In this document: positions 29,582-39,587 of the stretch, one piece after another
How the letters are laid out: every line of letters begins with the position of its first letter
Position numbering within the stretch: the first letter of the stretch is position 1
Virus record (IMG/VR): IMGVR_UViG_3300019371_000265
Span: 62,320 to 126,319 of that record
DNA length: 64,000 nucleotides
Source: a virus
Lineage: Duplodnaviria > Caudoviricetes
Direction: 5' to 3' (one strand)
Position numbers and translations under genes: made by a program
Notes under the pieces: model-generated
The model's database searches: none
Told to the model about the DNA's origin: nothing
What the model saw: only the letters and a program-made list of their open reading frames with translations

Positions 29582-30344
29582 GAAGGAATTGTTATATCCA
29601 TTTCTTATATTCGATAAACCAATCAGATACAAAGAGAACATCACATTTAATCCAGTAAAGATGAAAAACATTATTGAATTCCAACAAAGTTCTCTCTCAA
29701 TCACATTTCCAAAAGATAGTATAGTGACGGAAAAACAACTGATAAAAATGTCATATTTTGATTTCATAAAATATGCTCACGAAAACAAAGAACTTGCTGA
29801 AAAATATGATTCTCCACTTCTTCCATATTATTGGACTTGGGCTTTATCTTTAATTAGATTGACGCTTGATGAAAATATAGAATTAAAATACAATCAGCAG
29901 AATCTTTCAATATTCATAAATGATGAAGAGATATCATCTGAAATATTTGACGATATAAGAAAGATAATTATTTTACAAAATGATATTGATTACGATGTTG
30001 ATGAATTTATGAACAAAGATACAATTCAAGCTCTTGAAAAAGCAAGAGAATTTGAAATGAAAAAAAGAAAAGAAAAGTCCGATATTGAAGACTACATTGA
30101 CTCTATGGTTGTTGGGCTAAAAGTCACAGAAGAATACATATCTAATTTGAGCATTAGAAAATTTTGGAGATACATAAAAAGATTGAATAAGCACGAAGAC
30201 TATCTGGCATGTAGAAGTGGTGAGATGAGTGGAATGGTTACGTTCAAAGAGCCATATTCGCATTGGATGTCTACAATTAGTACTGACGACAAATATGAAA
30301 ACTTAAAAGCAGATGAAGGTGAATTAAGAGGTAAGGTTGGTTAA
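29571..30344 (+). CDS. Conserved tail-region protein (possible assembly chaperone)
   Basis: IRKIIILQN, IRKF, HWM; synteny. Confidence 0.55.
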   Translation: MEIKKELLYPFLIFDKPIRYKENITFNPVKMKNIIEFQQSSLSITFPKDSIVTEKQLIKMSYFDFIKYAHENKELAEKYDSPLLPYYWTWALSLIRLTLDENIELKYNQQNLSIFINDEEISSEIFDDIRKIIILQNDIDYDVDEFMNKDTIQALEKAREFEMKKRKEKSDIEDYIDSMVVGLKVTEEYISNLSIRKFWRYIKRLNKHEDYLACRSGEMSGMVTFKEPYSHWMSTISTDDKYENLKADEGELRGKVG

Positions 30345-30397
30345 CGACTTTACTTCTTTTTATTTTAAATCAAAAATAAGAAAGTGAGGAAATAAAA

Positions 30398-31378
30398 ATG
30401 GCAAAAGATTTTTTAGTGTCAACGGCTGACGTTGCATTTATGCACAACAATATGCTTGCATTTACTGGAACTACCTCTATTACTACAAGCCTTTCCGTAT
30501 CTATGGAAGACCAGGAGGTTACTGGTGGCAAGGGTCAGAAAACTTTATACAAATTTAAGTATGGCAGAAAACTTACCGCATCCATTGAAATGGCTGAATG
30601 GAACCTGGCTTACATTGCTGCAAATGCTGGATCTACTATTTCAGAAAGCCTTAAAGATGTATATAAGGTAGCAGAATGTGTCACTCTCACAAATGGTGTG
30701 GGCACCCTTGCAAAAACTCCGGTTGGGCATGTATTTGTTGAAAAAGAAGATGGTACTATTTCAGAAGTAACTCCATCTAGTTCTACCATCACCGTTGGAA
30801 CAATTAATGGAAAAGTAAAAGTTACATACAAATTTAATACCACAGCAAAGAGAGTTACCATTGATGCAGACTCTACCCCATTGGTCGGCAAACTTATTTT
30901 AAGTGCAGACAAACACAACAATGGTGTTGGCAAGGTTGCAGAGATTCAGGTGGAAGTTCCTTCATTCCAGTTGAATGGTACTTTTGATATTTCAATGGAA
31001 TCAGGTGGTGTTTCTACAACAAAATTAGATGGAGATGCGCTTGCGGTTGAAGGCGATAGCTGTGTAGATGGTTATGTATATGCATACATCACAGAAATTC
31101 CATCTGTTGCATCTAGTGTTGCTGTAGCTGATATTGCGGCTACTCCCTCTGTAGTTTCTCTGACAGTAGGCGGAACTCAGGCAATCACCGTAATTGGACT
31201 TAAAGGTGGTATGTATAGTAATGTAAGTGTCGATGTAGCTGATTGTACTATTACTTCTGGTACACCTGCCATTGCTACTGTTGCAGGTGGCGTGATTACT
31301 GGCGTATCCGCGGGTACAGCATTAATTAACATTACTTACAATGGACTCAAAGATGTAATTAGTGTTACCGTAGCGTAA
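30398..31378 (+). CDS. Major tail tube protein with C-terminal Ig-like (Big_2) domain
   Basis: EVTGGKGQ motif; SGTPAIATVAGGVITGVSAGTALI. Confidence 0.75.
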   Translation: MAKDFLVSTADVAFMHNNMLAFTGTTSITTSLSVSMEDQEVTGGKGQKTLYKFKYGRKLTASIEMAEWNLAYIAANAGSTISESLKDVYKVAECVTLTNGVGTLAKTPVGHVFVEKEDGTISEVTPSSSTITVGTINGKVKVTYKFNTTAKRVTIDADSTPLVGKLILSADKHNNGVGKVAEIQVEVPSFQLNGTFDISMESGGVSTTKLDGDALAVEGDSCVDGYVYAYITEIPSVASSVAVADIAATPSVVSLTVGGTQAITVIGLKGGMYSNVSVDVADCTITSGTPAIATVAGGVITGVSAGTALINITYNGLKDVISVTVA

Positions 31379-31441
31379 GACTATGGGTAGAAGGGTTTAT
31401 CGCTCTTCTACCCTAATCACACTAAAATGGAGGTGGCATTA

Positions 31442-31690
31442 ATGGATAACAGAGAAGAAGTTAAAGCGAAAGAATTACCAAAAAAACAAAGAGATTTATT
31501 TAAAGTAGAAAAATGTAAAGTTTTAAAGTATGACAGCTTAACAAATGCTTTGGATTTTGATTTTTTAGGATATGGTTTGAGATTATATGATGTTGAAAAT
31601 TTCAGTGGAGATACTGTTGATATAAAGTATAAAGGCACAATTGGGAAACCGGATTTCGTGTGTAAATTATGGAATAGCGACAATGTGTAA
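31442..31690 (+). CDS. Hypothetical protein
   Basis: SD GGAGGTGG supports ATG 31442. Confidence 0.65.
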   Translation: MDNREEVKAKELPKKQRDLFKVEKCKVLKYDSLTNALDFDFLGYGLRLYDVENFSGDTVDIKYKGTIGKPDFVCKLWNSDNV

Positions 31691-31874
31691 ATATGCTTAT
31701 GAGGATTTCTCTGATAGAGCTAAAAAGATAATGATATTCTGTCATCTGAAAGATAATGAAAATTCAGAAATGCTCAAACTATGTACATCTCAAAGGTATT
31801 GTAATAATGAAGATAAATATATTCCATACAAGCAAAAGGAAAATTGTAAATATTGTGAGCGAAAAATAGATTAG
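31683..31874 (+). CDS. Small Cys-rich protein
   Basis: ATG 31683 coupled to the upstream stop. Confidence 0.6.
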   Translation: MCKYAYEDFSDRAKKIMIFCHLKDNENSEMLKLCTSQRYCNNEDKYIPYKQKENCKYCERKID

Positions 31875-31963
31875 TGAATATATAGGCAAGTTATATTCTA
31901 ATCTATTCACAGATTATTATTGTAACTTGCCTATTTTTTACGATAATGAAAGGGGTTGAGTGA

Positions 31964-32143
31964 TTGAAAATAGACCCGGAGTATTCTTGCAATTGGGCGG
32001 CAGAAATGCAATATCTATTAAACAATGGAATCAGGTATACGTTTGTCAAAACTGAAAATGGCATTACTATTTGGAAGTATAAAAAGAACATGGAATTATT
32101 TAGTAGTTTAAGTGATTTTTACAAAGAGGTATATAGTAAATAA
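31964..32143 (+). CDS. 59-aa phage protein (TTG start)
   Basis: SD AAAGGGG; MKIDPEYSCNWAAEMQYLLNNGIRYTFVK... Confidence 0.65.
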   Translation: MKIDPEYSCNWAAEMQYLLNNGIRYTFVKTENGITIWKYKKNMELFSSLSDFYKEVYSK

Positions 32144-32211
32144 AACTCAAATTTGATAGACAGTCGTAGTCACTACTACGGCTTATTTTTATGTAAAAGG
32201 GGCGATAAATC

Positions 32212-32751
32212 ATAGCACAAAATGTAGGAAAAGTTTTCGAAAATAACTGGAAAAATAGTTGTCCAGACTGGCTACTCGTACACCGTCCACCAGACGCAGC
32301 ACAATCATTTGATAAGGGAGACGAATCAGCCGAGCCTAAAAAGCACTCACCTCTCCGATTCTCGGCACACAGCCCATGCGACTACATAATGTTTAACGGA
32401 TACTCTTCTACTTTCTATGCAACCGAACTTAAAACGAGTGCAGGAGCATTTTCATTTGAGCGCACCAAAGAAGACAAAGGAATGATCCACCTGCACCAGA
32501 TTGAGAGCTTGAAAAAATTCGCTACATATAAAAATGTAGTAAGCGGATTCATTCTCGACTTTCGCAAATCAAATAATACATATTTCATATATATAGAAGA
32601 TTTTCTGCGAATGATTGGACACGTCGACAAGAAAAGTTTCAATGAAACAGATTTATTAACCTATGGAAATCCTGTGTTAATCAGCAAAACAAAGCTACGA
32701 GTAAACTACAGGTATGATGTTGAAAAATTCCTAAATGATGTAAAAGCATAA
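32212..32751 (+). CDS. recU: RecU-like Holliday junction resolvase (ATA start)
   Basis: NVGKVFE and SPCDY lie upstream of the first ATG (32389); ELKT and HQIE follow; in-frame TAA at 32206, SD AAAAGGGGCGA. Confidence 0.78.
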   Translation: MAQNVGKVFENNWKNSCPDWLLVHRPPDAAQSFDKGDESAEPKKHSPLRFSAHSPCDYIMFNGYSSTFYATELKTSAGAFSFERTKEDKGMIHLHQIESLKKFATYKNVVSGFILDFRKSNNTYFIYIEDFLRMIGHVDKKSFNETDLLTYGNPVLISKTKLRVNYRYDVEKFLNDVKA

Positions 32752-32873
32752 AACACTACTGCTCTACCAAGACAATGGTAGCTAAGTTTATACGCAGTCG
32801 TAATTGTGAGCCGAGCGACAGGAAGTAAGGCAATAGACAATCAAGACGGTATAGAAGCAGAATCGAGGTAAAA

Positions 32874-33059
32874 ATGACAGATCCAGAAATCGAGCAATAT
32901 GTAGAAAATCGCAATGGCGAATTGTGTCAGAGTGAAATATTGGAATTATTGGATATATCTAAAAATCCGCAAATTGATCATTTTGCGTATGAGAATTTTC
33001 GGTACGCCATGTGGAGTAAATACGGAAACTCGTTCACATTTACAAAGAGAAATTGGTAG
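32874..33059 (+). CDS. Hypothetical protein
   Basis: ORF track; SD GAGGT. Confidence 0.65.
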   Translation: MTDPEIEQYVENRNGELCQSEILELLDISKNPQIDHFAYENFRYAMWSKYGNSFTFTKRNW

Positions 33060-33071
33060 GAGGATAAAATC

Positions 33072-33254
33072 ATGAAAGAAAAATTAGCAAAATTAATAGA
33101 TGTTAAGTCGCTTGTAACCTTATTCTTAACGATTGGATTTCTTGCGCTGGCGGGGCTAAACAGAATTACTGGTGAACAATTTCTTAGCATTTTCACGGTA
33201 ATTATAGCTTTTTATTTTGGAACGCAGTCACAGAAATCGAATAAACAAGATTAA
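33072..33254 (+). CDS. Putative holin (2 TM)
   Basis: KLIDVKSLVT, two TM helices, FYFGTQ. Confidence 0.7.
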   Translation: MKEKLAKLIDVKSLVTLFLTIGFLALAGLNRITGEQFLSIFTVIIAFYFGTQSQKSNKQD

Positions 33255-33286
33255 GATAAGATCCTACAGAAACGGGGTATAAACAT

Positions 33287-33646
33287 GTGAGTATAACAGA
33301 TAAAGATTTTACAGAGCTATCAGTAAAGGTTGAAAGTATAAATAAACGTTCAGAGTCAAATGGACATAGGATTAATGACCTAGAGAACGAAGTAAAAGAT
33401 GTTAAGGACATACAGATAACATTGGTTAAAATGGCAAACGGAATCGAAAACATGGGTAACGAGATAAAAGAAGTAAGGCTTGGGCAGGAAAAGTTGTCAG
33501 AGAAGGTAAATGAAATTGAAAATCGTCCTGCTAATGAAGCCAAGGCGTTTCTCGACACAATTACCGGAAAAATTATTTCAGTAGTTGCGGGAGGTTTGAT
33601 ATTTTATATTCTTGGGACTATGTTCCCTATGATACCATGGAGGTAA
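33287..33646 (+). CDS. XhlA-like coiled-coil membrane protein (lysis-associated)
   Basis: SNGHRINDLE coiled coil plus C-terminal TM. Confidence 0.6.
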   Translation: MSITDKDFTELSVKVESINKRSESNGHRINDLENEVKDVKDIQITLVKMANGIENMGNEIKEVRLGQEKLSEKVNEIENRPANEAKAFLDTITGKIISVVAGGLIFYILGTMFPMIPWR

Positions 33647-33649
33647 TGA

Positions 33650-33883
33650 ATGATCAAATATTTTAAATTGAAATTTAGAAAATTACGTGCGGAAGTTCTA
33701 ATCTTAGAGACGATTGCAGAATTAATTCTTGTGGTTAAAGATAATGAAAATGTGCAGTTACTTACTAAATTATCCCAGTTATTGAAGACTACACCGGAGA
33801 GCGAATGGGTTAAAGTCATTGTCGATGGTATAAAATCGACAAAAAACGACGTTCAGGAGCAAAAAAACGACGTTCGCGACTAG
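33650..33883 (+). CDS. Hypothetical protein
   Basis: ORF track; SD GGAGG. Confidence 0.6.
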   Translation: MIKYFKLKFRKLRAEVLILETIAELILVVKDNENVQLLTKLSQLLKTTPESEWVKVIVDGIKSTKNDVQEQKNDVRD

Positions 33884-33900
33884 GTTTCCAATTGGAAACC
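33883..33900. promoter_or_regulatory. Perfect 18-bp palindrome, candidate operator
   Basis: GGTTTCCAATTGGAAACC upstream of an extended -10 (TGCTATAAT, 33938-33946) and an XRE gene. Confidence 0.55.
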
Positions 33901-34007
33901 CAATCAGTAAAAATGTATTTATTTTACATTTTATTAATGCTATAATATACATAACAAGCTCGTTATTGTAAACACTATTTATTACTATTTAATAAGGTGG
34001 TGTTTAC

Positions 34008-34223
34008 ATGATAGTTAATCTGCGCAGTATTAGACTAAAACGCCATATTCCGATGAAGAAATTAGCAAAGGATTCTGGTATAGCAAAATCAACAATAAGC
34101 AAAATTGAGAACCGCACAATGACTCCGTCTATTGAGGTGCTGTGTAAACTTTGTAATGCTTTGGGTGTTGATATTGACGACATGTTAGACTGCGAAAGGG
34201 GAAACTGTGATGAAAACGAATAA
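34008..34223 (+). CDS. XRE-family HTH regulator
   Basis: LAKDSGIAKSTISKIENRTMTPSIEVLCKLCNAL. Confidence 0.9.
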   Translation: MIVNLRSIRLKRHIPMKKLAKDSGIAKSTISKIENRTMTPSIEVLCKLCNALGVDIDDMLDCERGNCDENE

Positions 34224-34410
34224 TGGGGTAAACAAAGAATGTGGAATGTATTTTAACATGGTATGTGAAGAAATGTGTATTACTGGTGGTAAGGTTATTC
34301 ATATTGACAGGACTGCAAGTGAAGAAGAGGTTCACAGCACATTTTGGGATAACGTGCGGAAACACCCAAATGCAAAATGGGAAATTTATCCCATGTACAT
34401 AAAGAATTAA
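34207..34410 (+). CDS. Hypothetical protein
   Basis: ORF track; SD AAAGGGG. Confidence 0.6.
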   Translation: MMKTNNGVNKECGMYFNMVCEEMCITGGKVIHIDRTASEEEVHSTFWDNVRKHPNAKWEIYPMYIKN

Positions 34411-34493
34411 ATGAAGCAATTGTTCTAGCACTCATGCTGTCGTAGGCGTGGGTGCTATTTTTGTGCAAAAAATTATATGGGGAGGGAAAATTA

Positions 34494-34694
34494 ATGGTAA
34501 CGCTTCAGAAAATGGGGAACGGGTTCAATAGAAACATACTTGAAATTGTTTGCAAAAGCACTGACGTTAAGCCACTCAATTCAACGGGAGGGATTGATGG
34601 GCAGATGATTGATAATGGGTCGTCATTATTTCAGATGGACGATTCAAGAGTGTTCTTGTTTGATTATGACGGCGACGAGTGGATCGAAATTTGA
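34494..34694 (+). CDS. Small virion-associated-type protein preceding fibre genes
   Basis: SD GGGGAGGG; STDVKP..NGS...MD...F.FD....W pattern. Confidence 0.6.
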   Translation: MVTLQKMGNGFNRNILEIVCKSTDVKPLNSTGGIDGQMIDNGSSLFQMDDSRVFLFDYDGDEWIEI

Positions 34695-34723
34695 TTATAG
34701 CATTGTAGAAAGGATGTGAAGGG

Positions 34724-37700
34724 GTGGATTTAATTACATTTTCAAAAGTAAAAAAGGCAGTTAGTATAGCTCCAAATAACAAATTTTCCAATGATGCAGA
34801 AAGAGACGCTTATTTTACAGCAAATCCCACTGAATTAAAAAATAATATGTACATATTTAATGCAGATAAATTACAACAGTATTCTAACTCAACATGGCAC
34901 GACGCTACTCCTGCCATTAAAGGAGACAAAGGGGAACGAGGTGCACAGGGAACAAAAGGAGATAAAGGCGACAAGGGAGATCCTTCAACAGATCCTATAA
35001 GCGCAGAGAATATAACGTTGAACAAAGAAGAATTTGCAGAAATATTAAAAGATTACACTGGAGACGATATTCAGTCACTGCTCAATTATATTGATAAGGT
35101 AAACGAACTTCCTGGCGGAATAATCTATATTGGTGAAAAAGATGAAATAAATTCTTGGGAAATAAAAAAGGTAGGTCAAGGATTGGCGTTCAGCAGATTT
35201 CAAGATGGTAGTTATGACTTGATATATACAATTGAGAATTCTGCAACTACCGATAATTATTTCATAAATTGTCCAGAAGGTCGTCTTGCATATATTACAG
35301 AAGATAAAAAGATTCACACATTAATCAAATCTAGTACTGACCTACAAGGATGTCAACTTAATAACATAGACGGTAGAATATCACTTATACATAATGGAAC
35401 AGTTGCATCTTATAGTCCAATCGGTAGCAAAACAAAAGTTGATATTAATAAGATAACAGAAGAAGAAGGGATTGCAGAAGCACAGTTTGTTCAGTCATAT
35501 ACTCAAGAAGTGGTAATAAGTGAAAATTTATTATTGTTTGGAGTTAATGAATATTATGTTGTAGAGTGTGAACCAAATACTACGGCTAGATTGTATATTA
35601 CAGATAAAGCAACTGGAAATTTATTGGCTCAAAATTGCAGTGTTGGTCAATTCTATGGTGGAAAGGGTAAATTAGTAACAGTTGGTATTAACACTATAGA
35701 TTTCTCAGAAGCGCTTCCAATATTAGAAGGTAGAGACGTGTTACTTCATGCAGACTTTACAGACGTAGTGTGTGTACAGGGCAAATTTAAAGGAGAAGGA
35801 GCAGATAATAGATTTTATATTAGATTTAATACTTTTGTCCAACCATTAAAAGAAGAAAATATGGCTACTAAAGAATGGGTAGATGATGATGTCCACAAAG
35901 GCTTTAAAGTTGTTGGCGATCACCCACAACTTTGTTATACCGGAAGTGGTAAAGTAAATGAGAAAGTTATAAATTTGATAATGAACTCTTCTGATAGCGA
36001 AACAATAGTTGGAAATCTTGAATATAAGACAATCGTTCAATCTCCTTCTGGAAAACTTATCTCACGTAGGAACAAAGGGTTAAATAATATAATTTTACAA
36101 CCAATCAAAAATACAATAGTAAAAGGTGGAGATTATAGTTTTCCTCTTGAAAATAAGACACAAGGGAAAATTGTAATAGATTCAATTGAACTTGTCGTAG
36201 CAAAATCTTGCACTGCAAGCTTTTATATTTATTCAGCTGACCCAGTTGTTTTAAAAATGGATGCTGGGGATTTCACCATAAATAATAATTGTATACAAGC
36301 ATTTGACGTTGGAGAATCTCTAAATATGTATTTAACTTCAAATGATGACGTGGATTATTTGATGGGAGATGGAACAAATCCATACGTAAAAATCAATTAT
36401 TTTATGTTGGAAGACGGAGAGATATTTAATAGTTCAAACTTAATTGGCGGAACCAATATATCTATTGACAAAGTAGATGATAATTTTGTTATTAATTCAT
36501 CTGGTGTTTCTAGTGAATGGGATATGAATGTAGATTTAAGCAAATCTGAAAATATCAAGGTAATTTCACAAGGTGACATAAAATATACACATTTTCACGA
36601 CATTCCATTTGAAAGAAATAGTGAATGGGTGGCTAATGAATATATTGAGATTGCTAATCATATACCACACGAAGATATTTCAGTTTGTACCTATTTTACA
36701 TTAAAGGGAAGAGAACCATATAAAGAAAATTATACTGATTTAACATCTAAGTTTAGATTGAGAATTGAAAAAGAAGATGGCATTGTAAACATTGATTGCG
36801 TTGCGTCTACTGGGATACCCGATATATATAACAAAATAGAAATTCCTATACCTATGACTGCAAAAGTTGGACTATGGTGCAATTGTTTAAGCAATCCTAA
36901 TGGGTATCTTCCTAACAATGAATTTACTATTGGTTTTTATACGTCAACTGGCATAGAGAGTGTAACAACCCCACTGTTTGATGCAAAGACTGGCTTAGTT
37001 AATGAAAATATTTTACCTACTTCTGGTGGAAATAAATTTAATGAAATAAAATTATATGACGTTCCAGATGCTTCCGCTAAAAATGGAGTTAAAAATCCAG
37101 CTATATTATATGATTCTGAAAACTTTGGATACACTTCCATACTTTCGGCAAATTCTGGAAGAGGAATGGGTATTACTTTAGGAAATATTATGTCCGAATT
37201 TGACATTATGACAAATGCGAAAGAAGGTCTACGTACGTGGTATTTTTCTAAAAGCGCAGAAATAGGTATAGGTGAAGAACCGTCTAGTGATCCAATGGAG
37301 GGAACTAGTTGGACTAGAAAATTCTCAACACAAAAAGATGTGGATTCTATAGTTGGATTTGTATTTTTGGCTGGAGCCGGAACAAAAGTGAATCTTAAAG
37401 TGCACTCCATGTTAAATCAAGGTTTAATATTAGAAAAAGAGTTTTCGTTTGATAAGATTACGGAACCTGCTTCTCCTGCTTATGCAATAGTGTCTGATGG
37501 AACAAGTGGGTTCGATACAGTAAATCAGGGAGATTACGAAATAGAGGTTACATTACTTTCTGGTTCATTGTACGGAGCCGATTTCCCGTATTGTACTCTG
37601 GTAATGGGAAAGTTGACCAGTGATACTATTGCACATAATTCAACATTAGAATCACAGGCGATGTTGAAAACAAAAGTAGATTCATTTATAATAGATGAAA

Positions 37701-38194
37701 ACGCTACAAATAAAATAAGTAAGTTTGAAGACCATAATGACGTTTATTGTGATAAAATTGTTATTCCAAAAATCTCTTCTAATAAAATGGCAATTAATAT
37801 AATAGGTGACAATGTATTTGAGTACTCATCGCTAAGCGGAAAGCCAGTTTATGTATATGCTGATTTATCAGAGGTCGGAGTTGGCAATTTTAGAGATGAA
37901 AGTGGAAATCAAGTTGATATTTATATTAGCCCAAACAATATAAGTACTTGGAAAGTATTTGAGTCTATGGGGTATAAAATTACGCCAATAGAACTTCCAA
38001 TCGCAACAACAAAGCAATCAATATTAACAAATGACGAAAACGGTGTTATTGATTGGACTGTTAATCCATTAAGAGATGGCTGCATCTATCTGAGTGCCAA
38101 AAATAGGATAAAGAGCATAGAAGGACAGGGATTTATCTTTGAGGTCTTTTTAGCAAACAACGAATGGCATGAGGTTACTAGGTTTGAAATTTAA
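34724..38194 (+). CDS. Large fibre-like protein with collagen-like GXY segment
   Basis: GDKGERGAQGTKGDKGDKGDP followed by long beta-rich domains. Confidence 0.6.
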   Translation: MDLITFSKVKKAVSIAPNNKFSNDAERDAYFTANPTELKNNMYIFNADKLQQYSNSTWHDATPAIKGDKGERGAQGTKGDKGDKGDPSTDPISAENITLNKEEFAEILKDYTGDDIQSLLNYIDKVNELPGGIIYIGEKDEINSWEIKKVGQGLAFSRFQDGSYDLIYTIENSATTDNYFINCPEGRLAYITEDKKIHTLIKSSTDLQGCQLNNIDGRISLIHNGTVASYSPIGSKTKVDINKITEEEGIAEAQFVQSYTQEVVISENLLLFGVNEYYVVECEPNTTARLYITDKATGNLLAQNCSVGQFYGGKGKLVTVGINTIDFSEALPILEGRDVLLHADFTDVVCVQGKFKGEGADNRFYIRFNTFVQPLKEENMATKEWVDDDVHKGFKVVGDHPQLCYTGSGKVNEKVINLIMNSSDSETIVGNLEYKTIVQSPSGKLISRRNKGLNNIILQPIKNTIVKGGDYSFPLENKTQGKIVIDSIELVVAKSCTASFYIYSADPVVLKMDAGDFTINNNCIQAFDVGESLNMYLTSNDDVDYLMGDGTNPYVKINYFMLEDGEIFNSSNLIGGTNISIDKVDDNFVINSSGVSSEWDMNVDLSKSENIKVISQGDIKYTHFHDIPFERNSEWVANEYIEIANHIPHEDISVCTYFTLKGREPYKENYTDLTSKFRLRIEKEDGIVNIDCVASTGIPDIYNKIEIPIPMTAKVGLWCNCLSNPNGYLPNNEFTIGFYTSTGIESVTTPLFDAKTGLVNENILPTSGGNKFNEIKLYDVPDASAKNGVKNPAILYDSENFGYTSILSANSGRGMGITLGNIMSEFDIMTNAKEGLRTWYFSKSAEIGIGEEPSSDPMEGTSWTRKFSTQKDVDSIVGFVFLAGAGTKVNLKVHSMLNQGLILEKEFSFDKITEPASPAYAIVSDGTSGFDTVNQGDYEIEVTLLSGSLYGADFPYCTLVMGKLTSDTIAHNSTLESQAMLKTKVDSFIIDENATNKISKFEDHNDVYCDKIVIPKISSNKMAINIIGDNVFEYSSLSGKPVYVYADLSEVGVGNFRDESGNQVDIYISPNNISTWKVFESMGYKITPIELPIATTKQSILTNDENGVIDWTVNPLRDGCIYLSAKNRIKSIEGQGFIFEVFLANNEWHEVTRFEI

Positions 38195-38212
38195 TAAGGA
38201 GGGATGTCATAA

Positions 38213-39343
38213 ATGGGAAATATAACAGTTGATAAATTAAACGGAAAATCCGTCAACGATGAATTTATGAACATTTCTCCCATTCTGAGAGGTGGCGATT
38301 TATGTTCTCAATGTGATGGTAAAAATGGATTGTTCAGAGTATTCAACGCAATATCATCTATTCCTCCAAGTGAAATAAGTGGTGACAATGACTATTTTGT
38401 AAACTCTTATAAGTGTGACGTGAATTATCATAAAATAGTGTGTTATAACGCAAGAGGTGATCAGGTCTGGGAAAGAATTAAAACAAACGGTATATGGATG
38501 GATTGGGTTAGTATCCAAAATGAAATACAAGTAAACGATAAGTTATCCAAAAAAGTAGATGTTGTCAGTGGGAAGCAATTATCGGATGAGAATTACACAC
38601 TGTCAGAAAAGCAAAAACTTGCCAATGTTACTACACATTTTAAAGGATTATTTAATTCTTACACTGAACTGGTCGCTGACGGATGTGTAACTGGTGATTA
38701 TGCTTTTGTCAAGGGAGATCCCAATGCTTCTATTTGGTATTTTAAAGACGGAGCATGGAAAGACAGCGGAAGCACATTGGGTGGGTCAATGATGAAGGAA
38801 ATCTATGATCCATATAATGTCGCCAAGGATATGTATGCGAGATCAAATCATACTGGTACGCAACCAATATCAACAATTGAATTGCTTCAGGCAACACTCG
38901 ACGCAAAATTGAACAAAACAGAAAAGACCAAGGTTGTTGACAACTTTGAGTCATCTAGCGGTACGGACGCATTAAGCGCAAATTGTGGCAATGTGCTTAA
39001 CAAAACCATTCACTCAATTATGACCGATGCTACGAGCATAGATTATGGAAGCTATTTTGGAGAAACTGGTGGGTATGCGAAATTAACATCTGGACTGATT
39101 ATTCAGTTTGGTCAGGTTAAAACTGCATCTAATACCGCCAAACAGGATTTCGTATTCCCCATTCCATTTCCAAATAAATGCTATGTAGTTTTGGCGACTT
39201 GTGAAAGTGGCAGTAGTTCCGGTAGTGGCGTTGATGGTGTATACGCAAGCGTAATTGATAAAACAAAAGCTTCTATTGTGCATGATTATAAAAATGTTTC
39301 TGTTGGAACTTTGAATCATTATGTGCTAGCGATTGGAAATTAG
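38213..39343 (+). CDS. Fibre protein with C-terminal gp53-like (GLIIQFG...FPIPF) domain
   Basis: GKQLSDENYT..EKQKL, NHTGTQ, DALSA, GLIIQFG motifs typical of phage fibres. Confidence 0.7.
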   Translation: MGNITVDKLNGKSVNDEFMNISPILRGGDLCSQCDGKNGLFRVFNAISSIPPSEISGDNDYFVNSYKCDVNYHKIVCYNARGDQVWERIKTNGIWMDWVSIQNEIQVNDKLSKKVDVVSGKQLSDENYTLSEKQKLANVTTHFKGLFNSYTELVADGCVTGDYAFVKGDPNASIWYFKDGAWKDSGSTLGGSMMKEIYDPYNVAKDMYARSNHTGTQPISTIELLQATLDAKLNKTEKTKVVDNFESSSGTDALSANCGNVLNKTIHSIMTDATSIDYGSYFGETGGYAKLTSGLIIQFGQVKTASNTAKQDFVFPIPFPNKCYVVLATCESGSSSGSGVDGVYASVIDKTKASIVHDYKNVSVGTLNHYVLAIGN

Positions 39344-39587
39344 CTGAATAAAATGAGTATTCTACGGGACTTATAGGAGTCAAATCCTATAGGTCTTTTT
39401 ATATTGAAGTGAGTTAGATTACTACTCTCCTACTTCTTTATATGACCATTATAATACGTTCACTTTTGGGAGCGAATTTCCCAAATGGAAAAATTAATCC
39501 CAGTAAAATGTGTCTTTTACATAGAGCAGTTGAGTGGTGATATTTTACTACTCTCCTGCTCTATTTTTGATTAGAAGGGAGTATGCC

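Noticed and set aside
33840-33875. Short tandem duplication AAAAAACGACGTTC
   Set aside because: In-frame local duplication at a gene end with no evident function
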